Part shown: in pieces, positions 40,671 through 49,117 of the stretch
Layout of the letters: the number at the start of each line of letters is the position of its first letter
Numbering within the stretch: position 1 is the stretch's first letter
NCBI GenBank assembly: GCA_963844295.1
Contig: CAWJNR010000004.1
Span: forward strand, 281,306 to 345,305
Reading direction: 5' to 3'
Length of the DNA stretch: 64,000 nt
Source: an uncultured Actinomycetota bacterium
Lineage (GTDB): Bacteria > Actinomycetota > Actinomycetes > Mycobacteriales > SCTD01
Translations under genes and position numbers: made by a program
The notes under the pieces: model-generated
Seen by the model: only the letters and a program-made list of their open reading frames with translations
Told to the model about the DNA's origin: nothing
Database searches by the model: none

Positions 40671-40740
40671 CTTGCATCCAGCGTGCGTGGCCCCGGTCCC
40701 GGCGAGACCGTAAACCTGTTCTGACCTGGCCTTTCGCACC

Positions 40741-40780
40741 TGGACCGCGCTGGACCGTTCTGGACCGTTCTGGACCGTCG
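40741..40780 (+). repeat. four tandem 10-bp iterons TGGACCGNNC (CTGGACCG core)
   Basis: tggaccgcgc tggaccgttc tggaccgttc tggaccgtcg read directly. They lie about 150 nt upstream of the integrase start and about 70 nt inside the junction at 40671. Confidence 0.9.
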
Positions 40781-40928
40781 TCGGGCTCTGACGGCCCACA
40801 GACGGCCCAGGGACGATCTTCCTGGGCGGCGCCGGAAGCTGTGCCGGTGAGGCGCTGGATCCACAGCTGCGCCGGTTGCTCTAGCAACGCCGTCCGGGTC
40901 GGGTGAGGTGGGGCCGGAGGCGGGCCTC

Positions 40929-42101
40929 ATGGGCACGATCGAAGATCGTTGGTGGAGCAGTCAGGTGGGCGGGCGGGTGCCGGGGGAGCGGTCCGGACGG
41001 GGCTTGCGGTGGCGGGCCCGCTACCGCGACGGTGAGGGCCGGCATCGCTCCCGGTCGTTCGCCCGCAGGCCGATGCGGTGCGCTTCCTGACGTGGGTGCA
41101 GGCCGATCTGCTGCGCGGCACCTACATCGATCCGGGCCGGTCCCGCACTGCCCTGTCGGTGTACGCCGAGCTGTGGCTGGCCTCGTTGTCGGTCCGGCCG
41201 TCGACCCGCCGCACCCACGACAGCAACCTGCGGACCTGGATCCTGCCGGCACTCGGCGCCCGCACCCTTGGCCTCGCTCACCCCGACCGATGCCCGCGGG
41301 CTGGTGCGGCAGCTGGGGGAGGGCTCGCGCCATCGACGGCTCATCACGTGCATGGGCTGCTGGCCTCGATCTTGAGCTTGACGGTGGAGGACGGCTACCT
41401 GTCGCGCAACCCGGCCGCGCGGACCGGACCCGGCCGACCACGGCGGGTGCAGGTCCGGCCGTTCACCGTCGGCAGGTGCAGGCGCTGATCGACAGCACTC
41501 CGGAGCGGTTCCGGGTGGCGGTGCTGCTGGGTGCCGGCTGCGGCCTGCGGATCGGCGAGGTGCTCGGCCTGAGCCGTCGATGCGGTCGACTTGCACGCGG
41601 GTCAGTTGGCGGTCAGTCGGCAGCTGCAGGCGCTGTCCGGTCAGGGCCTGGTGCTGCGGCCACCGAAGAGCCACAGCAGTGTCCGCACGGTGCCGCTGCC
41701 CGACAGCGTCGCCACCGCGGTCGCCGAGCACCTGCGCCGATGGCCACCGGCCGCGGGTGCGGGGGCGGGGGAGCAGGACCTGCTTGCTGCGGACAGTCAG
41801 CGGCCGGCCGATGTGGCCACGCACGTTCCACAGCCGCATCTGGCGCACCACCACGGACACCGCCGGGTTGCCGGGGGTGCGGTTCCATCAGCTGCGGCAC
41901 TTCTACGCCAGCGCCCTGATCGGGGCCGGGGAGAGCGTCAAGACCGTCCAGGCTGCCCTCGGCCACGCCAGCGCCGTCGAGACCCTGCAGGTGTACGTCG
42001 GACTGTGGTCCGACAACGACCAACGGACCCGCGCCGCTATCGACGCACTTCGACTCGGCGCGCCCGCCAGCGCCACGACATCGCACCCCGCGGGGACGTG
42101 A
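40929..42101 (+). pseudogene. tyrosine-type site-specific integrase, about six frame disruptions
   Basis: MGTIEDRWW...GRGLRWRARYRDGEGRHRSRSF, AVRFLTWVQADLLRGTYIDP, RFRVAVLLGAGCGLRIGEVLGL, LRPPKSHSSVRTVPLP, and FHQLRHFYASALIGAGESVKTVQAALGHASAVETLQVY (R..H-x-x-R..Y catalytic region). These are spread over three frames, with shifts near 41070, 41280, 41320, 41472, 41575 and 41808. Confidence 0.85.
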
Positions 42102-42272
42102 GCCCCGCTGCGCAGCCTCGTTCGGCCAACCGGCGAAGTCGCTTCTTCGAAGACGGAGCCAGCGTCCGGAACTGCCGACGAGAAGCGGGCGGTCCACTGC
42201 GCCGGGCGAACGGCGTCGTGTCGTCACGCAGAGGCAACCACCGCGTCACGTCCCTCGACGAGCATCGGCGGC

Positions 42273-42743
42273 ATGGAGCAGCCCGTGTCCGTCACTGCAT
42301 GCCGTCGCATCGCCCTCATCGCCCATGACAACAAGAAGCAGGACATGCGCGAGTGGGCGCGCTTCAACCTCCACCGCCTTGTGGAGCACGAACTCTTCGC
42401 CACGGCGACCACCGGCCGCATCCTGCAGGACGAGCTCGGGCTCGAGGTCACCTGCTTCCGCAGCGGGCCGTACGGCGGTGACCAGCAGATCGGTGCCCGC
42501 ATCGCAGAGGGCGAGATCGACCTGCTCGTCTTCTTCTGGGACCCGTTGGAGCCGCACCCCCACGATCCCGATGTGAAGGCCCTGCTGCGCGTGGCAGTGG
42601 TCTGCAACATCCCGGTGGCGTGCAACCGGGCGACCGCCGACTTCATGATCTCCTCGCCGCTCCTGGCGCAACCGCACCTGTGTGGCTCGTCGGCTGCGGG
42701 GTCTGCGCCGCGTCCGGCAGTGATCACGGCGCAGGTCGCCTGA
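42273..42743 (+). CDS. mgsA: methylglyoxal synthase
   Basis: RRIALIAHDNKKQDM, ATATTGRILQ, GPYGGDQQIGA and FFWDPLEPHPHDPDVKALLRV are MgsA signatures. Confidence 0.9.
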   Translation: MEQPVSVTACRRIALIAHDNKKQDMREWARFNLHRLVEHELFATATTGRILQDELGLEVTCFRSGPYGGDQQIGARIAEGEIDLLVFFWDPLEPHPHDPDVKALLRVAVVCNIPVACNRATADFMISSPLLAQPHLCGSSAAGSAPRPAVITAQVA

Positions 42744-42909
42744 GGGCCGGGACGTGCAGAGGTCGCACCACGCCGCGCGGGTCCGCGCGTCGAGGCGTGT
42801 CATGCCGCGCAGGGGCACAGCTCACCAGGGGCTCGAGGTGTTGCATCGACGTCATCGTCAGCGTGGTGCTCGTCCTACCTTTCGGCGCGGGACGCGCGAT
42901 GCTGTGCGG

Positions 42910-43542
42910 GTGGAGCGCTTGCTGTACGGGTGGACCGCAGCGGTCGGTGATGATGGCGCGGCGGCGGGCCGAGACCTCGTCAGTTGCTACGCCGAGCCGC
43001 ACCGGCAGTACCACGATCGGCAGCACCTGATGGAGGTGCTCGACGCGCTCGGGGTGCTTCGGGCAGGCGGAGACGTCCCGCCGAGCGTGGTCTGCGCCGC
43101 CTACGGGCACGACGTGGTCTACGACCCGGCGGCCTCCGACAACGAGCAGCGCAGCGCTGCCCTCACGGCGTCGGTCTTGCGCCGGCTCGGGAAGCCGTCG
43201 GTGTTCGTGGACGAGGTCGTGCGCCTGGTCCTGCTGACGGCGACGCACGCGCCTGCGGACCAGGACGAGGACGGGGCAATGCTGTGCGATGCCGACCTCG
43301 CCGTCCTGGCCGCCCCGGACCAGCGCTACCGCGAGTACGCCTCAGCGGTGCGCCGGGAGTACGGGCACCTGACCGACGAGGCGTTCCGCTCTGGCCGCAC
43401 GGCCGTGCTGCGCGAGCTCGTCGGCCGGCGGCAGCTCTACGCGACGCCCGAGGGGGCGCGGCGGTGGGACGGCGCGGCCCGTCGGAACATGCGACGGGAG
43501 CTCACACGGCTTGACGGGGCTGCCGCAGACCCGCAGCCCTGA
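42910..43542 (+). CDS. HD-family metal-dependent phosphohydrolase-like protein
   Basis: YAEPHRQYHDRQHLMEVL, AAYGHDVVYD and DADLAVLA. I chose the GTG at 42910; the ORF opens at 42754. Confidence 0.65.
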   Translation: MERLLYGWTAAVGDDGAAAGRDLVSCYAEPHRQYHDRQHLMEVLDALGVLRAGGDVPPSVVCAAYGHDVVYDPAASDNEQRSAALTASVLRRLGKPSVFVDEVVRLVLLTATHAPADQDEDGAMLCDADLAVLAAPDQRYREYASAVRREYGHLTDEAFRSGRTAVLRELVGRRQLYATPEGARRWDGAARRNMRRELTRLDGAAADPQP

Positions 43543-43810
43543 GACGCGACACCAGCTCGCGGGCGCGTACCGGCTGGGCGCCGAGCGCGACAGCGTGGTC
43601 CAGCAGGGAAGACGGGATGTCGTAGTGGTCGCCTTGGAACGCCCGCCGCGGTACGTCGAGCCGGGCCGCGAACTCGTGCAGCTCGTCATAGGACACGTCG
43701 CTGACCAGGTGCGCCCAGCGCTCCCCGCGCCAGGGCCAGATCGGCGCATCCACCAGCACTGCCACACCAGCACGGTAGGCGGCGGCAGCTGCGTCCGCTC
43801 CTTCCGCCAT
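43502..43810 (-). CDS. DUF4031 domain-containing protein
   Basis: VLVDAPIWPWRGERWAHLVSDVSYDELHEFAARLDVPRRAFQGDHYDIP is the characteristic DUF4031 pattern. Confidence 0.75.
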   Translation of the reverse strand: MAEGADAAAAAYRAGVAVLVDAPIWPWRGERWAHLVSDVSYDELHEFAARLDVPRRAFQGDHYDIPSSLLDHAVALGAQPVRARELVSRLRAAGLRQPRQAV

Positions 43811-43893
43811 CCCCGGCGAAGCGGGTCTCCTTCTCGTGGCGGTCGGCCCTGTACGCGGATCCGTCACCCACGGACCGCCGCCGGCAGCCCCCA

Positions 43894-44610
43894 GTGCAGG
43901 ATGACCAGGTGACGAAGGTGCGCGCGCTCGTCTTCGACGTGTTCGGCACGGTCGTGGACTGGCGCAGCGGCGTCCTGGCCGAGGCCCGCGACGTCGAGCG
44001 TCGCAGCGGTCTGCGCGCCGACTGGGCCACGGTCGTCGACGACTGGCGGCGCGCGTACGGACCCTCGCTGCTCGAGGCACGCCGCGCGAGTGCGTGGCGG
44101 GACCTCGACGCGCTCCACCGGGAGTCCCTGGCCACCGTGCTGGCCAGTCATGGTCTGCCCCTGTCCGCCGTGGAGCGCGAAGCGCTGGTGCGGTCGTGGC
44201 GGCGTCTGCCCGCCTGGCCGGACGCCCGCCACGGCCTGGAACGCCTGCGTCGGCAGCACGTGACGGCCACCCTGTCCAACGGGCACGTCGCGCTGCTGAT
44301 CGACCTGATGCGCTTCTCAGACCTCCGCTTCGATGCGGTGCTGTCGGCACAGATGGCCGGCAGCTACAAGCCCGACCCGGTCGTCTACGCGACGGCCGCC
44401 GAGCTGCTGGGACTCAGGCCGCAGGAGCTGGGGATGGTGGCAGCGCACGGCCCGGACCTCGTTGCCGCGGCCGAGGTCGGGCTGCGACCGCTCTTCGTCC
44501 GGCGGCCGGAGGAATGGGGCCCGGCAGGCGGCGACGAGCCCCCGCACGGCCTGCCCGGTCTGGTCGTCGCATCGTCGCTCGAGGACCTCGCGGACCAGCT
44601 CGCGGACTGA
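43894..44610 (+). CDS. haloacid dehalogenase type II / HAD-superfamily hydrolase
   Basis: ALVFDVFGTVVDW (DxxGT nucleophile motif), LSNG, SYKPDP and AAHGPDLVAA. Confidence 0.8.
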   Translation: MQDDQVTKVRALVFDVFGTVVDWRSGVLAEARDVERRSGLRADWATVVDDWRRAYGPSLLEARRASAWRDLDALHRESLATVLASHGLPLSAVEREALVRSWRRLPAWPDARHGLERLRRQHVTATLSNGHVALLIDLMRFSDLRFDAVLSAQMAGSYKPDPVVYATAAELLGLRPQELGMVAAHGPDLVAAAEVGLRPLFVRRPEEWGPAGGDEPPHGLPGLVVASSLEDLADQLAD

Positions 44611-44714
44611 CGGCGGGGTCGTCTTCGACCCGAGCCCGACGACGAGCCGACTGGACCTACGCGGCACGGGCCGGCACACGTGCCCAGGTGGCCGCACCGG
44701 GGTAGGGGCCCGGC

Positions 44715-44843
44715 ATGAGCGAGCAACCGGACACGCCCGAACCGGCGGAACCGGCACCTCAGGAGCCGCAGGCGCAACCGGTCGCCGGCGGTGATGACGA
44801 CGGACCGCCCGTGCAGGGCGAAGGTGCCCCGGACAGCTACTGA
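44715..44843 (+). CDS. possible 42-aa acidic, Pro-rich peptide
   Basis: ATG...TGA with high GC3 (MSEQPDTPEPAEPAPQEPQAQPVAGGDDDGPPVQGEGAPDSY). Below the ORF-track length cut-off, low complexity, no clear RBS. Confidence 0.2.
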   Translation: MSEQPDTPEPAEPAPQEPQAQPVAGGDDDGPPVQGEGAPDSY

Positions 44844-44926
44844 CTGACCGCACCGGCGTGTCCCGCTGGGTGGTCGGGAAGTGTCACGTTGCACTCACGG
44901 CGACGGGGCGGGCGTGCACTCGGCCG

Positions 44927-45157
44927 CTAGAGCGTGCCTACGACGTCACCACCGCCGTCGAGGATGACCAGCGGAAAGGCGCTCCCCGTCTCCTTCTGAG
45001 CGAGCAAGGCTTCGACTGCCTCACGTTGCCCGGCCCCGGTGAAGTTGGAGTCGGGCCGCACGGGCTGCCAGGGCGCGAGGAACCGCCGGTTCTGCACGTA
45101 CAGCGACCTCAGCGTCTCGGCATCGTCGGACGTCAGGCGGCGGGTGACGGCGGGCAT
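44927..45157 (-). pseudogene. GNAT (RimJ/RimL-like) acetyltransferase, 5-prime fragment of 76 codons
   Basis: MPAVTRRLTSDDAETLRSLYVQNRRFLAPWQPVRPDSNFT...FPLVILDGGGDVVGTL then a stop. The acetyl-CoA-binding half of the fold is missing. The break lies 47 nt from an inverted TTCCCGACC motif. Confidence 0.6.
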
Positions 45158-45284
45158 CGGCCGATGCTGCCAGAGCGAGCGGGAGGTGGCCGTAGCCGCT
45201 GGTCTCGTACGTCTCCGCGCTTGCGTCCTGGGCCCGCTAGCTGTTCTCGGTGCCAGCCCGACGCTGGCGCGCGGCTGTGGCGGC

Positions 45285-45800
45285 ATTTTTTTGTGTAGAT
45301 GACTTGGTAGATAGAGATGGGAGGCAAAGGGATCAGAAAGAGAGAGGTCTAAAGGATCTGAGAGCAGATAGACAACGACGTAGCGCTCTGGAGAAAAAGG
45401 AAATGGAAGAACAACGAGTAAAAGTAAGTGTAACTGGACGAGACTACTGCAAGGTAAGCAACAACGAGCGAGTGGTGTCACAGGATGAGGTGATCGAGAC
45501 GGCGTAAGTGCGGACGGCAGACGGGAAGTGCTGGGCTGCGCGACGGTGACAGCGAGACGAGGCGTTCTGGACGAGTCCTGCGCGACACGAGACGCGGTCT
45601 GGACGGCGTACAACTGGACAACAGCGACGCGCAACGCGGCCTGGCGAATGCCAACGGGGCCGTCTCCAAGGCAGCAGCTGGCAGCGCTGCCGGGTCCACA
45701 CAAGCGCAACGACCTGGCCAAGGTCAGCAAGAGCCACGACAGAGATGGTCGCCGCGACGATAAGGAGGTTGCCGAGTTCGCGCAGGGTCCCGACACCCGC
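45285..45800 (+). other. non-coding purine-rich, T-poor, lower-GC tract with CTGGAC repeats
   Basis: Hand count for 45301-45540: A84 C35 G87 T34, i.e. 71 percent purine and 51 percent GC. For 45541-45660: A27 C36 G45 T12. It begins after a T7 run. CTGGAC occurs at 45434, 45567, 45599 and 45614. There is an imperfect tandem duplication CTGCGCGAC..CGAGACG..TCTGGACG at 45535-45610. Confidence 0.7.
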
Positions 45801-46079
45801 GTGAATCTGGGTGCCGCTGACGCGCCGGGGAGTGGCTGTCCTGGCACCGAGAACGGCGGTCGGCCGGACCCGACCCACGGCGCAGAGGTACCTGTAGCCA
45901 TCCGTGCCGGCGTACCCGGGCGGGCCTCTTGATCGGGAGTGCCTGTCCTACGGGGACCGGTCCCGGGGGTGCCCTACCTTCGGGTCATGCACCCCACCCG
46001 TGACTAGGGCCGGCCGCTCCCTTCGCGCCGCCGCCCCGTCCGCAGCACGCCGGCCCAATGGCCGGGGTGCCCAGTCGTC

Positions 46080-47366
46080 ATGGAGCTCTGCATGTCCCGT
46101 CCTGCTGGGGCGGCGTCCTCTTCGGCGTTGCTTCGCCTGCCCGGAGCACTGCCCGCGTTCGCCGCCGCCGCCGTCCTTCGCCTGTCCTACGCCTCCGTCG
46201 TGCTGTCCCTGCTGCTGGTCGTGCAGGGTGCGACCGGTTCCTTCGCCGTGGCCGGCACCGCTGTCGGGGCTTACGCCCTCCCGAGCTTGTTCGCGCCGTA
46301 CAAGTCGCGCCTTGTCGATCGCGTCGGCGTGCTGCGCACGCTCACCTGCCTCGGTGTCGGCTACTCATCCGTCCTAGCCGTGATCGCGGCTTGCGCGGTC
46401 GGTGGCGTTCAGATCGCGCTGCCGTACCTGCTCCTCGCCGCGGCCTCAGGAGTCCTGTCGCCCCCGGCGGGGCCGGTCATGCGCGGGATCTGGGCCGTCC
46501 TCACCCCCGACGAGCTCGGACGCAGCCGCGCCTACAGCCTGGACGCTGTCGCAGAGGAGGGGCTGTTCGCCGTCGGGCCGCTGCTGGTCGGGGCCGTCCT
46601 GCTGGTCGCCGGCCCGGAGACGGCGCTGGCGGTCACGGCAGGGCTCGCGCTGACTGGTGCCTGTGTCCTCGGCCAGTCCCGAGCCGCCGTGGCGGTCGCC
46701 GCTGCTGCTCGGCTTCCGTCTGGGCGGCGGCTGCTCGGGCCGCTGCACCTTCCCAGGGTGCGCTGGATCGTCGTGGCGATGCTCGTCGTCGGGTTCGCGC
46801 TCGCGCCGCTGGAGGTCGCCGTGGTCGCCCGAGCGACTCAGGCAGGGTCGCCCGCCGCGGCGGGGTACTTGCTCGCCGTTCTGTCGGTCGGCAGCGCAGC
46901 GGGTGGCCTGCTCTGGGGGCGGCTGGGTCGACCGCCGACCACCGGATTGCTCCTCACGGTCATGGCCATGCTCGGCGTAGGAACCGCGGTTGCCGGGCTC
47001 GTCCCGTCGCTGCCCGCGCTGGGGGTGGTGCTCGCGCTGACCGGCGCTGCCATCGCGCCGGCATTCGTCGTCGCCTACGTCCTGGCGGACCGGCTCGTCG
47101 ACGACAGCGTCCGCACGGAGACCAACACCTGGGTCACCACAGCGGCCAACATCGGTGGAGCCGCAGGCGCCGCCGTCGCCGGACTGATCACTGAACACGT
47201 CTCCGCCCGGGCCTCGTTCGCCGTGGGGGGCGGGCTCCTCATCCTCGCGTTGCCCCTGCTGCTTCTCACGCGCAGTCGCACGCACCCGGGGACCAGCAGC
47301 CTCACCACAGGTATGAAGCCGGAGCCACCGCCCGAACCACTCGCTGGCTCACCTAGCCGCGACTAG
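46080..47366 (+). CDS. MFS transporter
   Basis: 428-aa ORF with about 12 TM helices. Ala/Leu/Gly/Val-rich with typical MFS spacing. Confidence 0.75.
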   Translation: MELCMSRPAGAASSSALLRLPGALPAFAAAAVLRLSYASVVLSLLLVVQGATGSFAVAGTAVGAYALPSLFAPYKSRLVDRVGVLRTLTCLGVGYSSVLAVIAACAVGGVQIALPYLLLAAASGVLSPPAGPVMRGIWAVLTPDELGRSRAYSLDAVAEEGLFAVGPLLVGAVLLVAGPETALAVTAGLALTGACVLGQSRAAVAVAAAARLPSGRRLLGPLHLPRVRWIVVAMLVVGFALAPLEVAVVARATQAGSPAAAGYLLAVLSVGSAAGGLLWGRLGRPPTTGLLLTVMAMLGVGTAVAGLVPSLPALGVVLALTGAAIAPAFVVAYVLADRLVDDSVRTETNTWVTTAANIGGAAGAAVAGLITEHVSARASFAVGGGLLILALPLLLLTRSRTHPGTSSLTTGMKPEPPPEPLAGSPSRD

Positions 47367-47432
47367 CAGACTCATCACACGGGGGGGCGTTGCCTCTGTT
47401 CCGCGGCGATCAAGCGGCGTACTTTCGGTGAT

Positions 47433-48077
47433 GTGGAGCCTCGGCCGCCCGTGTCGCTTGATGGCTGCGCTGCGAACGGCTCCACGCCCGATGTTCTGGA
47501 CAGCGGGAGCGAGCGGGAGCCGCGACTGACACCTGCGGCCCGACGCCGACTCCGGCTCGGCGGCCTCGGGGTGATCGTCGCAACGGCGGCCGTGGTCGCA
47601 GGGCTGGAGGTGCAGGAGCGGCGCGCCGCCGCAGCCGAGGAACGTCGGCTGGCGGGCTTGCTGCAGTTGTCCGTGGCCGACAACGGGTCCTGGCAGACCT
47701 TGTTGAGCGCGAGTTCCCTTCCGCCCACTGCAGTCCAGATGGACATGCGAGTACAGATTCGCAACGACGGCCCGCGGGATGTCACCGTGAGCAACGCCAG
47801 CGCGGGCCGGTTCGTCCTCTTCATCGCGCCCGTCTCGATCGCAGCGCAGGCGACAGTCGAACTCGTGCTGCTGCAGGAGGTTGACTGCAGCGCGGAAGCG
47901 CCGCCTTCGTCCGACACGTTCGCTCCGGGCCTCCCGCTCGCGCCCGGGCCGCTCGAAATCACCGCCTTTACATCCCGCGGCACCCGCACGATCACGATCG
48001 CCGAGCCGCCCTACGACACCGAACAAGAAGCACTGGCTTGTGCCTTGATGCAGAACAATCCGCCGCCACCGGGGTGA
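47433..48077 (+). CDS. membrane-anchored hypothetical protein; extracytoplasmic domain paralogous to 55909-56577
   Basis: One TM (LRLGGLGVIVATAAVVAGL), then a domain with IRNDGPRDV...VELVLLQEVDC...LEITAFTS...ALAC. The order RN-G / VDC / AC is the same as in the sigma-linked protein at 55909. Confidence 0.55.
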   Translation: MEPRPPVSLDGCAANGSTPDVLDSGSEREPRLTPAARRRLRLGGLGVIVATAAVVAGLEVQERRAAAAEERRLAGLLQLSVADNGSWQTLLSASSLPPTAVQMDMRVQIRNDGPRDVTVSNASAGRFVLFIAPVSIAAQATVELVLLQEVDCSAEAPPSSDTFAPGLPLAPGPLEITAFTSRGTRTITIAEPPYDTEQEALACALMQNNPPPPG

Positions 48078-48296
48078 AGCGCACGCGTCATGTGTGGCCT
48101 TCTGCGACGTCGGAGAGCCGCCACTGGGGTGCGGACGTGAACGGCAGGCGCAGGCCCGTTGTGTCCCTGTGCGGACTGAGCTCTCCTGCTCGTCTCGGCA
48201 TGCACCACGTCGGCCTCACCGGCGCAACTTGTCGCCTCCGGGCCGAGCCGTACGCCGTCGTCGCAGCCTCCCAGCCTTCTCTCCCCGACACCACCG

Positions 48297-48701
48297 TTGA
48301 CATTCATCGGTGGTTGCGCTGTCGAGGCCGTTACCAAGCGCCTGGCCGCTCTTGCCCGTGACGTCAGCCGCGGGGACGGCGTGGCGGTCGCTGCCCACTT
48401 TCTCGCCGGTCCGGGCCTCAGGTGGGAGGTCCGGGAGCACTTCGACCCCCCGAACGGCACCGCCGGTGCGCTGCGGACCCTGGACGCCATCTCTGCCTTC
48501 GCCGAGGTGATGCACGAGCGTGGCGAGGTCTGGCAGACCGAGCAGGTCGTCCCACCTGCCCAGCACACCGACGGCACGCCTGCCGTCTACGGAGCCCGCG
48601 TCACGGCCACCGCCCCTGGAGGCCGCCTCGGCAGTCCCGTCAAGGCGGTCATCGATTGTGCGTCCGGCCGCGTTGCCCACATGGTCGGTCCCAGCACGTA
48701 G
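48297..48701 (+). CDS. hypothetical protein
   Basis: 134-aa ORF with a TTG start and good GC3. No recognised motif (possibly a small alpha+beta fold). Confidence 0.45.
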   Translation: MTFIGGCAVEAVTKRLAALARDVSRGDGVAVAAHFLAGPGLRWEVREHFDPPNGTAGALRTLDAISAFAEVMHERGEVWQTEQVVPPAQHTDGTPAVYGARVTATAPGGRLGSPVKAVIDCASGRVAHMVGPST

Positions 48702-48842
48702 GTGGCGGCCTTGAGGTACTGGCGCCGCCGCCCTTCGACGGCGAAGCAAGGCGGGGCGGGTGCGCTCAAGCCGCTACCGCCACCTGGCGTTCAGCCGAGC
48801 AGAGGCAGGCGCGGCGCGGGGAACGTCGCTAACCTGCGCGCC

Positions 48843-49043
48843 GTGTCCCAGGCCATCACGTACGTGGTCGTGGGGCTCTGGCTCGTTGGCTGGGTGGCGA
48901 TAGCCGCCTACGTCCATGCGCGGCCTGCGGACAGGGCCGACCGCCTCGATGCCGCAGAGCTCTTCGGCCTCGCCTTGCTCACCGGCTTGCCCCTGTTGCT
49001 CATGGTCAGGCTGGCTCTGGACTCACGCGTCGGTCCGTCCTGA
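48843..49043 (+). CDS. small two-TM hypothetical membrane protein
   Basis: In-frame GTG at 48843. AITYVVVGLWLVGWVAIAAYV and LFGLALLTGLPLLLMVRLAL helices. The ORF opens at 48702. Confidence 0.4.
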   Translation: MSQAITYVVVGLWLVGWVAIAAYVHARPADRADRLDAAELFGLALLTGLPLLLMVRLALDSRVGPS

Positions 49044-49117
49044 GGCCGTCCGCTAGCGCTGGGGTGCGCGACCAAGCCGACCGCTGCAAGGACGTGTCTC
49101 GACAGCCGGCTGGGCGG

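Noticed and set aside
40693-40702. 10-mer CCGGTCCCGG shared in direct orientation between 40693-40702 (just inside the int-side junction) and 45957-45966 (inside the palindrome upstream of the MFS gene), as a possible attL/attR core.
   Set aside because: A single GC-rich 10-mer match between two ~300-nt windows is about what chance predicts at this base composition by my rough estimate. No flanking similarity was seen.
39984-40724. 246-aa ORF that would fuse the UDG-like protein to PFVDAMLPDGSRLHVVIPD and a short tail.
   Set aside because: The last ~36 codons are a cpaF fragment followed by junction sequence that happens to be in frame. I interpret this as read-through across an insertion boundary, not a designed fusion protein.
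40741-40780. Possibility that the 10-bp tandem repeats are a miniature CRISPR-like array.
   Set aside because: The repeats are contiguous with no spacers, only 10 bp long, with no cas genes nearby. An integrase-arm or iteron interpretation fits better.
45250-45507. 85-aa highly charged plus-strand ORF (..DRDGRQRDQKERGLKDLRADRQRRSALEKKEMEEQRVKV..) inside the purine-rich tract.
   Set aside because: There is no credible start or RBS: the only candidates are a TTG and an ATG with AAGGA abutting it. Codon usage is unlike the host. The charged composition is the automatic product of translating A/G-rich DNA. I kept it as a remote alternative under the tract finding.
44927-45901. 324-aa minus-strand ORF covering the purine-rich tract.
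   Set aside because: It is stop-free only because that strand is pyrimidine-rich, so stop codons cannot form. The translation is Ser/Leu/Pro low complexity. Only the last 76 codons (the GNAT fragment from the ATG at 45157) look like protein.
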